64,000 nucleotides of DNA. Source: Myxococcota bacterium. GTDB lineage: Bacteria > Myxococcota_A > UBA9160 > SZUA-336. The DNA lies in the NCBI GenBank assembly GCA_044450765.1, contig JBIOJK010000002.1, positions 4,281 through 68,280 of the forward strand, read 5' to 3'. Position numbers and translations under genes: made by a program. The first letter of the stretch is position 1. Each line of letters opens with the position of its first letter. The notes under the pieces are model-generated. The model did no database searches. It was not told the origin of the DNA and saw only the letters and a program-made list of their open reading frames with translations. This document shows positions 30,468 through 38,975 of this stretch, piece by piece.

Positions 30468-30483
30468 CCGATATTGATATCGG
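30468..30483. promoter_or_regulatory. Fur-box-like inverted repeat upstream of feoAB
   Basis: CCGATAT-TG-ATATCGG. GATATTGATATC matches 9 of 12 positions of the GATAATGATAAT Fur-box core. It is the only AT-rich element in this intergenic region, about 25 nt upstream of feoA. Confidence 0.55.
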
Positions 30484-30506
30484 TTCTCAAAATGGGCGGT
30501 CGGCGG

Positions 30507-30785
30507 ATGGCAAGCGATGCGATCTCGGAGGCGGCGGGCGCGGTTCCGCTGCTGGCCCTGCCGGTCGGCGTCGCGGCGCGGATCGCCGAGCCCGCGCGCG
30601 GCCGCGAGATCCCATCTCGGCTCGCGGACCTCGGCTTCGTGCCGGGCACCGAGCTGTGGATCGTGCGGCGCGCGCCGTTCGGCGATCCGATCGAGCTCGA
30701 GATCCGCGGCTACCGACTCTGTCTGCGCGCGGAGCAGATCGAGAACCTGCGCGTCGTGGCATGTGCGCGGCGGGGCGCGCCGTGA
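30507..30785 (+). CDS. feoA: Ferrous iron transport protein A
   Basis: SH3-like FeoA pattern (RLADLGFVPGTELWIVRRAPFGDPIELEIRGYRLCLR). Alternative ATG at 30492. Confidence 0.85.
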   Translation: MASDAISEAAGAVPLLALPVGVAARIAEPARGREIPSRLADLGFVPGTELWIVRRAPFGDPIELEIRGYRLCLRAEQIENLRVVACARRGAP

Positions 30786-32692
30786 GCGCGGCCGTCGGGC
30801 TTCCCGATCGCCCGGTGCGCATCGCCCTGGTGGGCGCGCCGAATGCGGGGAAGACGACGCTCTTCAACGCACTCACCGGCTCGAGCGCGCGCGTCGGGAA
30901 CTATCCGGGTGTCACCGTCGAGCGGCGAGAGGGCACGCTGCGCAATGCCCAGCGCTCGGTACGCGTGCTCGACCTGCCCGGGACCTACAGCGTGGTCGGC
31001 GAGACACCGGACGAGCAGATCGTCGAGAAAGTCCTCGCGGGCCGGCTCGCGGGCGAGCCCGAGCTCGACGGCATCGTCGCAGTGGTCGACGCCACGACCC
31101 TGCGCCGCGGGCTCGGCCTGGTGCGCGAGCTCCTGAAGCGCGGCCACGCGACGGCGCTCGTGCTCACCATGATCGACGAAGTGCGCGCGCGCGGCGGGAA
31201 GATCGAGCCCAGCCGACTGTCTCAGCTGCTCGGCATTCCCGTGCTCGGCGTGGTCGGTCACCGCGGCGTCGGCATGGAGCCGCTGTTCCGCATCCTCCAG
31301 GAGCCGTGGCGCTGGTCGAAGCCGATCGCGCTGCCGCCCGCCGCCGACGCGGTCGCGCGCTTCGCGTGGGTCGACGAGGTCTGCCGGAAGGTCGGCGCGG
31401 AGGATCTCGAGCCCGACACCAGAACGGATCGCATCGACCGCGTGCTGCTGCACCCGGTGCTGGGGGTCGCGGTCTTCGGGCTGGTCATGGTGCTGCTCTT
31501 CCAGAGCATCTTCTCGTGGGCGGTCCCGGCGATGAACGCGATCGACTCCGGCTTCGGCGAGCTCGCGCGAGGTTCTCGCGCGCTGCTGCCCGCCGGGTGG
31601 CTCACCGATCTGTGGACCGACGGCGTGCTCGCGGGGGTCGGCGCCGTGCTCGTGTTCCTGCCGCAGATCGCGATCCTGTTCGCGTTCATCCACGTGCTGC
31701 AGGACGTCGGCTACATGGCGCGCGCGGCCTTCGTCGTCGACCGCGTGATGGGCTGGGCGGGCCTGCAGGGCCGCAGCTTCGTGCCGCTCCTGTCGTGCTA
31801 CGCGTGCGCGGTGCCCGGCATCATGGCGACGCGCACGATCCAATCCCCGCGCGAGCGGCTCGCGACGATCCTGGTCGCTCCCTTCATGACTTGCTCGGCG
31901 CGCCTGCCCGTCTACACGCTGCTGATCGCGGCGTTCGTCCCGCACACGACACTGTTTGGTGTCGTCGGCGTGCAGGGGCTCGTGCTCTTCGGCCTGTATC
32001 TGCTGGGCGCGCTCACCGCGTTCGCCTCCGCGGCGCTGCTCGGCTCCACCCTGTTGCGCGGCACGCCGTCGGTCTTCTACATGGAGCTCCCGCCGTACCG
32101 CTGGCCCACCTCGCGCCTGCTCGCGAAGCAGGTCTGGCACAGCGCGCGCGCGTTCCTGAAGCGCGCGGGTACGATCATCCTGGCGACGTCGATCGTGCTC
32201 TGGGGACTGCTCTCGTTCCCGCGCGCGGCGCCCGATCCCGCGCGCAGCCCGGCGCAGACGGCGCGCGCCAACCTCGAGGCCAGCGCCGCGGCGCGCCTCG
32301 GTCACGCGATCGAGCCGGCGATCGCGCCGCTCGGCTTCGACTGGAAGATCGGCGTCGGCCTGATCGCGAGCCTCGCCGCGCGCGAAGTGATCGTCGCGAC
32401 CTTGGCGCAGACCTATGCGGTCGCCAGCAAGGACGACTTCGGCGGCCTGCGCGACGCGCTGCGCGCCGACGTCGATCCGCGCACCGGGCGACCAGTGTTC
32501 GGGCTGCCGGCGGCGCTCGCGCTGTGCGTGTTCTTCGTGTTCGCGCTCCAGTGCACCTCGACGGTCGTCGTGATGGCGCGCGAGACCGGGAGCTGGCGCT
32601 GGCCCGCGCTCGCGTTTGGCTACATGCTCGCGCTCGCCTGGACCGCGAGCTTCATCGCCTACCGAGTCAGCTCCGCGTTTCTCGCGACTTGA
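30782..32692 (+). CDS. feoB: Ferrous iron transport protein B
   Basis: GTGA overlap with feoA. G-domain GAPNAGKTTLFNALTG and DLPGTYS. Polytopic membrane domain. Confidence 0.93.
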   Translation: MSAAVGLPDRPVRIALVGAPNAGKTTLFNALTGSSARVGNYPGVTVERREGTLRNAQRSVRVLDLPGTYSVVGETPDEQIVEKVLAGRLAGEPELDGIVAVVDATTLRRGLGLVRELLKRGHATALVLTMIDEVRARGGKIEPSRLSQLLGIPVLGVVGHRGVGMEPLFRILQEPWRWSKPIALPPAADAVARFAWVDEVCRKVGAEDLEPDTRTDRIDRVLLHPVLGVAVFGLVMVLLFQSIFSWAVPAMNAIDSGFGELARGSRALLPAGWLTDLWTDGVLAGVGAVLVFLPQIAILFAFIHVLQDVGYMARAAFVVDRVMGWAGLQGRSFVPLLSCYACAVPGIMATRTIQSPRERLATILVAPFMTCSARLPVYTLLIAAFVPHTTLFGVVGVQGLVLFGLYLLGALTAFASAALLGSTLLRGTPSVFYMELPPYRWPTSRLLAKQVWHSARAFLKRAGTIILATSIVLWGLLSFPRAAPDPARSPAQTARANLEASAAARLGHAIEPAIAPLGFDWKIGVGLIASLAAREVIVATLAQTYAVASKDDFGGLRDALRADVDPRTGRPVFGLPAALALCVFFVFALQCTSTVVVMARETGSWRWPALAFGYMLALAWTASFIAYRVSSAFLAT

Positions 32693-32693
32693 G

Positions 32694-33389
32694 CTAGCTG
32701 CCGCTCTTGATCGGCGGGTGGCGCTTGATCTCCAGCGGCTCGCCGGCCGGGATCTCGAGCCGGTCGCCGCGCTCGTCGGCGGCGAGGCGCAGCATCGGCT
32801 GCAGCAAGCGCCCCAAGATCTTCACGTCGTCGAGCGCGTCGTGTCTGCGCAGGCCGACCGTGTCGACCTCGAAGCGCTGCAGCAGCTTCGACGTGCTCCA
32901 GCGCTCTTCCGGCGGGCCGAGCAGCCAGGTCGCGAGCACCACCGAGTCGAGCGTCGCGGGCAGATCTGACACCATTCTGTGTCGCGCGAACTCGGCCTCG
33001 AGCAGCGGCACGTCGAACTCGAAGACGCTCTGCCCGAGCCAGAAGTCTGCGCCCTGCGCCGCCGCCAGGTGACTGCGCCAGGCCTCGGGGAAGTGCGGGG
33101 CGCCCGCCAGCTTCTCCAGCGTGATCCCGGTCAGCTCGCGCACGACCTTCGGAATCTCGACGCCTTCGCCCGGCCAGACGAAGCTCACGAACGCGGTCTC
33201 CTCGCGGAGCTGGCCGCCTTCGAACATGCAGCCGGCGATCTGCGTGACTCGCTCGCGCGACGTGTCGAGCCCGGTCGCCTCCAAGTCGAAGAGCCAGATC
33301 CGCTTCTCCGAGAGCGCGGGCACGAGCAGATCCGAGACCGCGTAGAGCTCGTCGGAGACGGGCGCGATGCGCAGCATCGGGTGTCTCAT
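32694..33389 (-). CDS. DEDDh 3'-5' exonuclease (DnaQ/epsilon-like)
   Basis: ExoI LFDLEATGLD, ExoII and ExoIII HDALDDV motifs. Confidence 0.8.
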   Translation of the reverse strand: MRHPMLRIAPVSDELYAVSDLLVPALSEKRIWLFDLEATGLDTSRERVTQIAGCMFEGGQLREETAFVSFVWPGEGVEIPKVVRELTGITLEKLAGAPHFPEAWRSHLAAAQGADFWLGQSVFEFDVPLLEAEFARHRMVSDLPATLDSVVLATWLLGPPEERWSTSKLLQRFEVDTVGLRRHDALDDVKILGRLLQPMLRLAADERGDRLEIPAGEPLEIKRHPPIKSGS

Positions 33390-34174
33390 GCCGGACTCGC
33401 GCGCCGCTCGAGCTCGCGCACCAGCTCGGCGGGACCGGCGGCGAGCAGCGGCTGGAGCAGCACGTCGCGCTGGTTGTAGACGCGCTCGCCGCGGCCGAGC
33501 TCGGCGAAGATTCCGCCCGCCTCGCGCACCAGCAAGTCACCCGCGCAGACGTCCCACTCGCTCTTCGGCGCGGCCGACAGCCACAGATCCGCGCGGCCGG
33601 CCGCGATCCATGCGAGCTTCAGCGCGACCGAGCCGACGGCCTCGATGCGCGCGACCAGCGGGCGGAACGCGTCCACTTGTCCGCGCTTCATCTCCGTTCG
33701 GCTCGAGAGCAGGACCGACTTCGCGAGCGAGCGCTCGCGCGAGACGGCGAGCCGGCTGTCGCCGAGGCGCGCGCCGCCGCCGGCGGACGCCCAGAAACAC
33801 TCGGAGGTCGACGGATCGAAGATGCAGCCGGCGACCGGCCGGCCCCGCCGCGCGAGCGCGATCGAGACGGCGAACTGCGGCACGCCCTCGACGAACTCCT
33901 TGGTGCCGTCCAGCGGGTCGACGATCCAGACGCGTTCCGCGGCGAGGCGCTCCGAGCGGTCGGCCGTCTCTTCGGAGAGCAACGCGTCGCCGGGAAAGGC
34001 CGCGCGCAGCTGCTCGCAGATGGCCGCGTTGGCCTCGAGATCGGCGGCGGTCACCGGGTTGTCGTGCGACTTCTCGCGCGCGCCGCGCCGATTCGCGGCG
34101 GCGTGGCGCGCAATCACTTCGCCGCCGGCCTGGGCGGCCTCGCACGCCACCCGCGCCTCGCGCTCGAAGCTCAC
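33386..34174 (-). CDS. Inositol monophosphatase / CysQ-family phosphatase
   Basis: IMPase motifs SEE, WIVDPLDGT and WDVCAG. GTG start overlaps the recQ stop (GTGA). Its stop overlaps the exonuclease start. Confidence 0.85.
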   Translation of the reverse strand: MSFEREARVACEAAQAGGEVIARHAAANRRGAREKSHDNPVTAADLEANAAICEQLRAAFPGDALLSEETADRSERLAAERVWIVDPLDGTKEFVEGVPQFAVSIALARRGRPVAGCIFDPSTSECFWASAGGGARLGDSRLAVSRERSLAKSVLLSSRTEMKRGQVDAFRPLVARIEAVGSVALKLAWIAAGRADLWLSAAPKSEWDVCAGDLLVREAGGIFAELGRGERVYNQRDVLLQPLLAAGPAELVRELERRASPA

Positions 34175-36285
34175 TCCTCGTCGTCTCGCTCGGGGCCGGA
34201 GCCCCCGCGCCGGCCCTTCGAGCGGCGGCGCCGCCGGCGCAGCTTCGGCTCGCACACGTCGCAGTGCCCGCAGGGCGTCGGCTCGCCGTCCTCGAAGTAG
34301 CGCCGGATGTGCATCATCCGACACTCTTCGGTGTTGTTCGCGTAGTGGATGATGCTCTCGAGCCGGCGCCGGTCGGTGGTCTTCCGCTCCTCGTTGCGCC
34401 GCGAGAGCAGCTTCACCGCCTCGTTCACGTCGATCTCGCGCGTGAGCGAGAACTGCGCGTCGGTCTCGGCGACCAGGTCCGCATCGCGCAGCCCCTCGAG
34501 GATCGCCTTGGTGCGAGTGACTCCGACCTCCGTCGCCATCGCCAGGGTCGAGGCCTCGACCGCGCGTCCGTCCTTGCTCCAGGCCGACAGACCCTCGACG
34601 ACTTTCTTGATCTGCGAGCGCGTGGCCGGTCCCTCGGAGAGGAAGTGCCGCTGGACGTCGATGTCGCGCGGGTCCCACAGCAAGATGCAGCGCGCCGGCA
34701 GCCCGTCGCGGCCCGCGCGGCCCGCCTCCTGCACGTACGCCTCGAGCGAACCGGGCACCTGGTAGTGCACGACGTAGCGGATGTCGGGCTTGTCGACGCC
34801 GAGTCCGAAGGCGCTCGTCGCGATCATGACGATCCGCTTGCCCGACGACATGAAGCGCTTGTGCGCGTGGTCGCGCTCCGCCTTGGTGAGTCGCCCGTGA
34901 TAGATCTCGGCGGGAATGCGGGCGATCTTGCAGAGCGCCCCGAGTTCCTCGACGTCCTTCACCGTCGAGCAGTACACGATCCCGGGCCGGCGCAGGCGGC
35001 GCAGATACTGCACCAGCTCGCGCCGCTTCACGTCCTCGGTCATGCACTGCTTCACTTCGAAGCGCAGGTTCGGGCGCGCGACGGGGCGCACGACGATCGC
35101 CGCGTCGCGCAGCCCGAGGCGCTTCACGATCTCCTCGCGCACGAGCGGCGGCGCGGTCGCAGTCAGCGCGAGCACGGGCGGCCGCCCGAGATCCTCGGCG
35201 AGCGCGCCCAGCGCGAGATACGACGGCCGGAAGTCGTGGCCCCACTCGGATACGCAGTGCGCCTCGTCGATCACCAGCAGCGAGATCTGCTGGTCGGCGA
35301 TGCGCTTCTTGAACACCGCGCCCGTCGCGCCTTCGGGCGTGATCAGCGCGATCTTCTGGCCGCCTTCCTCGAGCAGGCTGAGCGCCTCTTCCTTCTCGGT
35401 GCCGGTGAGCGAGCTGTCGACGCGCACGGTCTCGATCCCCTGCGCGCGCAGCTTCTCGAATTGGTCGCGGATCAGCGCGATCAGCGGCGAGACGACGACC
35501 GTGAGTCCGGGCAACACCAAGCTGGGCAGCTGATAGGTGAGTGACTTCCCGCCGCCGGTCGGCATGACCGCCAGAGTGTCTCGCCCGTCGAGTACCGCGC
35601 GGATGACGTCTTCCTGGCCGGGCCGGAAGTGGCGCAGACCGAACTCGCGCCGCAGCAGGTCGAGCATCTGGCGCAATCGCTCGTCGGGCACCGGTCCACC
35701 GCCGCCGCCCCCGCGGCGCCGGCGCCGGCGCCGGCGCGGCCGGTCGCGCCAGGGCGCCGGCGCTTCGGATTCCGGGGCCGGCGCGGCCTCACCATTTTCC
35801 GGGGGCGCGCTCTCGCCCGCGGGCTCGAAGTCGCCGGTGGGTTCGGATTCGCTTGCCCACGGCCCGGGATCGTCTTCCTGTGAGCTCAGCGGCTCGACCG
35901 GCGCGAAGTCGTCGCCCTCGGGCGACGAGTCGCTCTCGCGCGGCTGCGAGTTGCCAGCGCCGTTCGGATTCCAGTGACCGCGTCGCCGGCGTCGGCGTCG
36001 GCGCGGCCGGTCGCCGAACGTCGGGCGGTCGCCGAGCGCAGGCGGGTCGCCCGGCGCGGGCGCGCTCGGCTGCGGCGCTCCATCGATCGGAAGGGCGCTT
36101 CTGTCCGGCCCCTCCGGCTGCCCGTCGGCGGACGCGGGGAAGTGTCTCGCTCCGCGGCGACGACGTCGGCGGCGCCTCGGGCGCCGAGGTTGGTCCGTCG
36201 GCTCGCCGGGCTGCTCGTTGTCCGATTCCAGGATAGGCCTCCGGCAGAAGGGAATCGCGGCCACACAGTATATGCAGGAATCCAC
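34171..36285 (-). CDS. recQ: RecQ-family ATP-dependent DNA helicase with an N-terminal Arg-tract low-complexity extension of about 200 aa
   Basis: Helicase motifs FRPGQ, PTGGGKSL, DEAHCVSEWGHDFRP, SAFGLGVDK and QEAGRAGRDG. C-terminal CGHCDVC. High third-position GC through the extension supports translation. The exact start (GTG 36285) is uncertain. Confidence 0.85.
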   Translation of the reverse strand: MDSCIYCVAAIPFCRRPILESDNEQPGEPTDQPRRPRRRRRRRRGARHFPASADGQPEGPDRSALPIDGAPQPSAPAPGDPPALGDRPTFGDRPRRRRRRRRGHWNPNGAGNSQPRESDSSPEGDDFAPVEPLSSQEDDPGPWASESEPTGDFEPAGESAPPENGEAAPAPESEAPAPWRDRPRRRRRRRRGGGGGGPVPDERLRQMLDLLRREFGLRHFRPGQEDVIRAVLDGRDTLAVMPTGGGKSLTYQLPSLVLPGLTVVVSPLIALIRDQFEKLRAQGIETVRVDSSLTGTEKEEALSLLEEGGQKIALITPEGATGAVFKKRIADQQISLLVIDEAHCVSEWGHDFRPSYLALGALAEDLGRPPVLALTATAPPLVREEIVKRLGLRDAAIVVRPVARPNLRFEVKQCMTEDVKRRELVQYLRRLRRPGIVYCSTVKDVEELGALCKIARIPAEIYHGRLTKAERDHAHKRFMSSGKRIVMIATSAFGLGVDKPDIRYVVHYQVPGSLEAYVQEAGRAGRDGLPARCILLWDPRDIDVQRHFLSEGPATRSQIKKVVEGLSAWSKDGRAVEASTLAMATEVGVTRTKAILEGLRDADLVAETDAQFSLTREIDVNEAVKLLSRRNEERKTTDRRRLESIIHYANNTEECRMMHIRRYFEDGEPTPCGHCDVCEPKLRRRRRRSKGRRGGSGPERDDEE

Positions 36286-36331
36286 GCGCCGCCCGTATTC
36301 CGCCCGAACGCGGGTTGACGCCGAGGGAAGC

Positions 36332-36350
36332 GTACAGCACTTTGCTGTAC
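36332..36350. promoter_or_regulatory. Perfect 8+3+8 inverted repeat (candidate operator) just upstream of the RHH gene
   Basis: GTACAGCA-CTT-TGCTGTAC. Preceded by TTGACG (36315-36320). Ends 3 nt before ATG 36354. Confidence 0.5.
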
Positions 36351-36353
36351 AGG

Positions 36354-37095
<742 letters not shown>

Positions 37096-37109
37096 GGCGG
37101 ACGGGGCGA

Positions 37110-37150
37110 GCGCGCGGCGCGGCGCCCGGGCGACCCCGAGCGCCGCGCGC
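37110..37150. terminator. GC-rich hairpin between the convergent ferredoxin and diiron-oxygenase genes
   Basis: GCGCGCGGCGC (37110-37120) pairs with GCGCCGCGCGC (37140-37150), with a 19-nt loop. No U-tract. Confidence 0.35.
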
Positions 37151-37156
37151 GAGGAC

Positions 37157-38227
37157 TCAGGCGCGCACCGCGAGTTGGCCGTTCGCCGTCCGCGACTCGA
37201 CCATCATGGCGCGCTCGAGCCAGAGTGACTCGGTGCGCTCGGTGAGCAGCCCGAGCCTCTGCAGGTTCGGCACCACCGTGTGCATGAACGGTTGGCTGTT
37301 GAATTCCTTCCACTCGGGGAGCGACATGGCCATGCCGACGACCGCATCGGGCTCGATCCCGTACTTGGGACCGAGCACGCGCAGCATGTCGAGCTGCTGA
37401 TTGGCGTTCAGCGCCTCGAGCACCGAGTAGGCCCAATCCTCCATGTGCTGCCGCTCCGCCTCGCTCACGCGCTTCACCACGCGGCGCATCGTGAGCACGC
37501 CGAACGCGGCGTGGCGCGACTCGTCCTGCTCGACGCGGCGGATCACGTCGGTGATCAGCGCGTTCCTCGAGTTGGCGCGGAACTGGTCCATGATCCCGAC
37601 CGCCGTGCCCTCGAACAGGGTCTGCATGCCGAGACACTTCATGGTGTAGCCCTCGACCGAGAGCAGCTCGTCGAGCAGGATCTTCAAGTTCGGGCTGATC
37701 GGGTAGATCGTGCCCATCTTCTCGCCGAGCAGGCGCGCGAACACTTCGGTGTGTCGCGCCTCGTCGTACACCTGGTTCGCGGCGTAGAACTTCTCGTCCG
37801 TCGTCGGGCACAGGTTGGTGAGCTGGCCGCAGATCTGCAGCGCGGCCTGCTCGCCGTGCAGGAGCTGCGAGAGCACCCAGTTGATCTCGTCGAACATTGC
37901 CGCCTTCTGGGTCGCCTCGTCCTTGCCCATCAGCTTGGTGATGTTGCCGAGCAGCGACAGCTCGGGTCCCGCGATGAACTCGTCGTTCGTGAGCGGGATC
38001 GACCAGTCGATGTCGTGCGAAGCGTTCCACTGGTTGTCCTTGCCCTTCTCGTAGAGCGCGCGCAGCTCGGAGACTTCGCTGCCGTACTCCCAGTCGTTCC
38101 AGCGCACCGCCATGGGCGTCGGCACGTCGATCTTCTCGCGGATCTTCGCGACCTGTGACTCGTCGGGGAAATCGATCAGCTCGAAGCCGCCCAGGTTCCG
38201 CCGGTACTCGTTCATGAACTTTTCCAC
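37157..38227 (-). CDS. Ferritin-like diiron-carboxylate oxygenase (AurF/R2-like superfamily), substrate unknown
   Basis: Two E...ExxH half-sites: HGEQAA / DEARH and FEGTAV / QDESRH. Confidence 0.65.
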   Translation of the reverse strand: MEKFMNEYRRNLGGFELIDFPDESQVAKIREKIDVPTPMAVRWNDWEYGSEVSELRALYEKGKDNQWNASHDIDWSIPLTNDEFIAGPELSLLGNITKLMGKDEATQKAAMFDEINWVLSQLLHGEQAALQICGQLTNLCPTTDEKFYAANQVYDEARHTEVFARLLGEKMGTIYPISPNLKILLDELLSVEGYTMKCLGMQTLFEGTAVGIMDQFRANSRNALITDVIRRVEQDESRHAAFGVLTMRRVVKRVSEAERQHMEDWAYSVLEALNANQQLDMLRVLGPKYGIEPDAVVGMAMSLPEWKEFNSQPFMHTVVPNLQRLGLLTERTESLWLERAMMVESRTANGQLAVRA

Positions 38228-38239
38228 CGACAGTCCTCC

Positions 38240-38881
38240 TCAGTTCGCGCGCAGCGCGCGCTCCATGAATGCGATCACGTGTTCTTTCCGCCGCCGGATC
38301 TCGGACGCGGAGTAGAGCGGCGCACCGACGAGGTCCTCGCCGAAGTCACCGCTCGCGAAGTGAAAGACCGTGAGTCCGATCAGACTCTGCAGTGTGTGCG
38401 GCACCGAGACCCGGCGCAGCTCGCCCGAGGCGATGCCGGCCTCGAGGCCGGCGGCGACTTTGCCGAGCACGCGCTCCAGCACCGCGCGCGCCGCGGCGTC
38501 GACGGGCTCCTCGTCCTCGACCTCGAAGAGCGAGCGCAGCAAGAGCGGCGCACGCGCGGGATTCTCGACGAGTGAGTCGATCACCGCTTCGATCCAGAGC
38601 TTCATGCGCTCGAGCGCGCCGCCCGCGCGATCGGCCGCGGCGGAGATGCGCGAGTCGAATTCGAGCATGCTGCGCTCGAGGACCGCGGCCCAGAGCGCGC
38701 GCTTGGTCGGGAAGTGGTGGAAGAGGGCCGACTTCGAGACGCCCACGCTGTCGGCGACGGCGCGCATGCCGACGCCGGCGAAGCCGAAGCGCGCGAAGAG
38801 TGACTCGGCGGTCTCGAGGATCTTGCCCCGCGTCGACGGCGACGACTCGGTCTCGCGCTCGCGCTCTTCGTCCACGGCCAC
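38240..38881 (-). CDS. TetR/AcrR-family transcriptional regulator
   Basis: HTH region ILETAESLFARFGFAGVGMRAVADSVGVSKSALFHHFPTK. GTG 38881 or 38875 preferred over 38947, so that the palindrome at 38891-38917 stays intergenic. Confidence 0.85.
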   Translation of the reverse strand: MAVDEERERETESSPSTRGKILETAESLFARFGFAGVGMRAVADSVGVSKSALFHHFPTKRALWAAVLERSMLEFDSRISAAADRAGGALERMKLWIEAVIDSLVENPARAPLLLRSLFEVEDEEPVDAAARAVLERVLGKVAAGLEAGIASGELRRVSVPHTLQSLIGLTVFHFASGDFGEDLVGAPLYSASEIRRRKEHVIAFMERALRAN

Positions 38882-38890
38882 TCCAAGAAT

Positions 38891-38917
38891 CGACCGACCG
38901 ACCGGTCGGACGGGTCG
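38891..38917. promoter_or_regulatory. Imperfect palindrome (candidate TetR operator) between the TetR gene and the divergent AAA+/vWA gene
   Basis: CGACC-GA-CCGACCGGTCGG-ACG-GGTCG. The core CCGACCGGTCGG (38898-38909) is a perfect palindrome. Confidence 0.35.
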
Positions 38918-38975
38918 AAGCTTATCTGGACGACTTGACGGAAGCAAGCCGGGCCGGTGAACACTCCCCGAACGG

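Noticed and set aside
33386-35245. A 619-aa minus-strand ORF.
   Set aside because: Only the last 263 codons (from GTG 34174) show IMPase motifs. The rest is a shadow frame of recQ.
35701-36190. Short tandem CGN/GCC repeats, considered as a possible CRISPR or satellite array.
   Set aside because: They are in frame within recQ and encode poly-Arg runs. There is no repeat-spacer periodicity.
36332-36350. The idea that the GTACAGCA-N3-TGCTGTAC palindrome next to recQ is a LexA/SOS box.
   Set aside because: It contains ACAG...CTGT rather than the gammaproteobacterial CTGT-N8-ACAG arrangement. It also does not match the other lineage-specific LexA motifs I can recall (GAAC-N4-GTTC, GTTC-N7-GTTC). 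It is kept only as a generic operator candidate.
38898-38909. Treating every 12-bp GC-rich perfect palindrome as regulatory.
   Set aside because: At this GC content I estimate dozens of 12-bp palindromes per 64 kb by chance. Only those located in promoter regions next to regulators were reported, and with low confidence.
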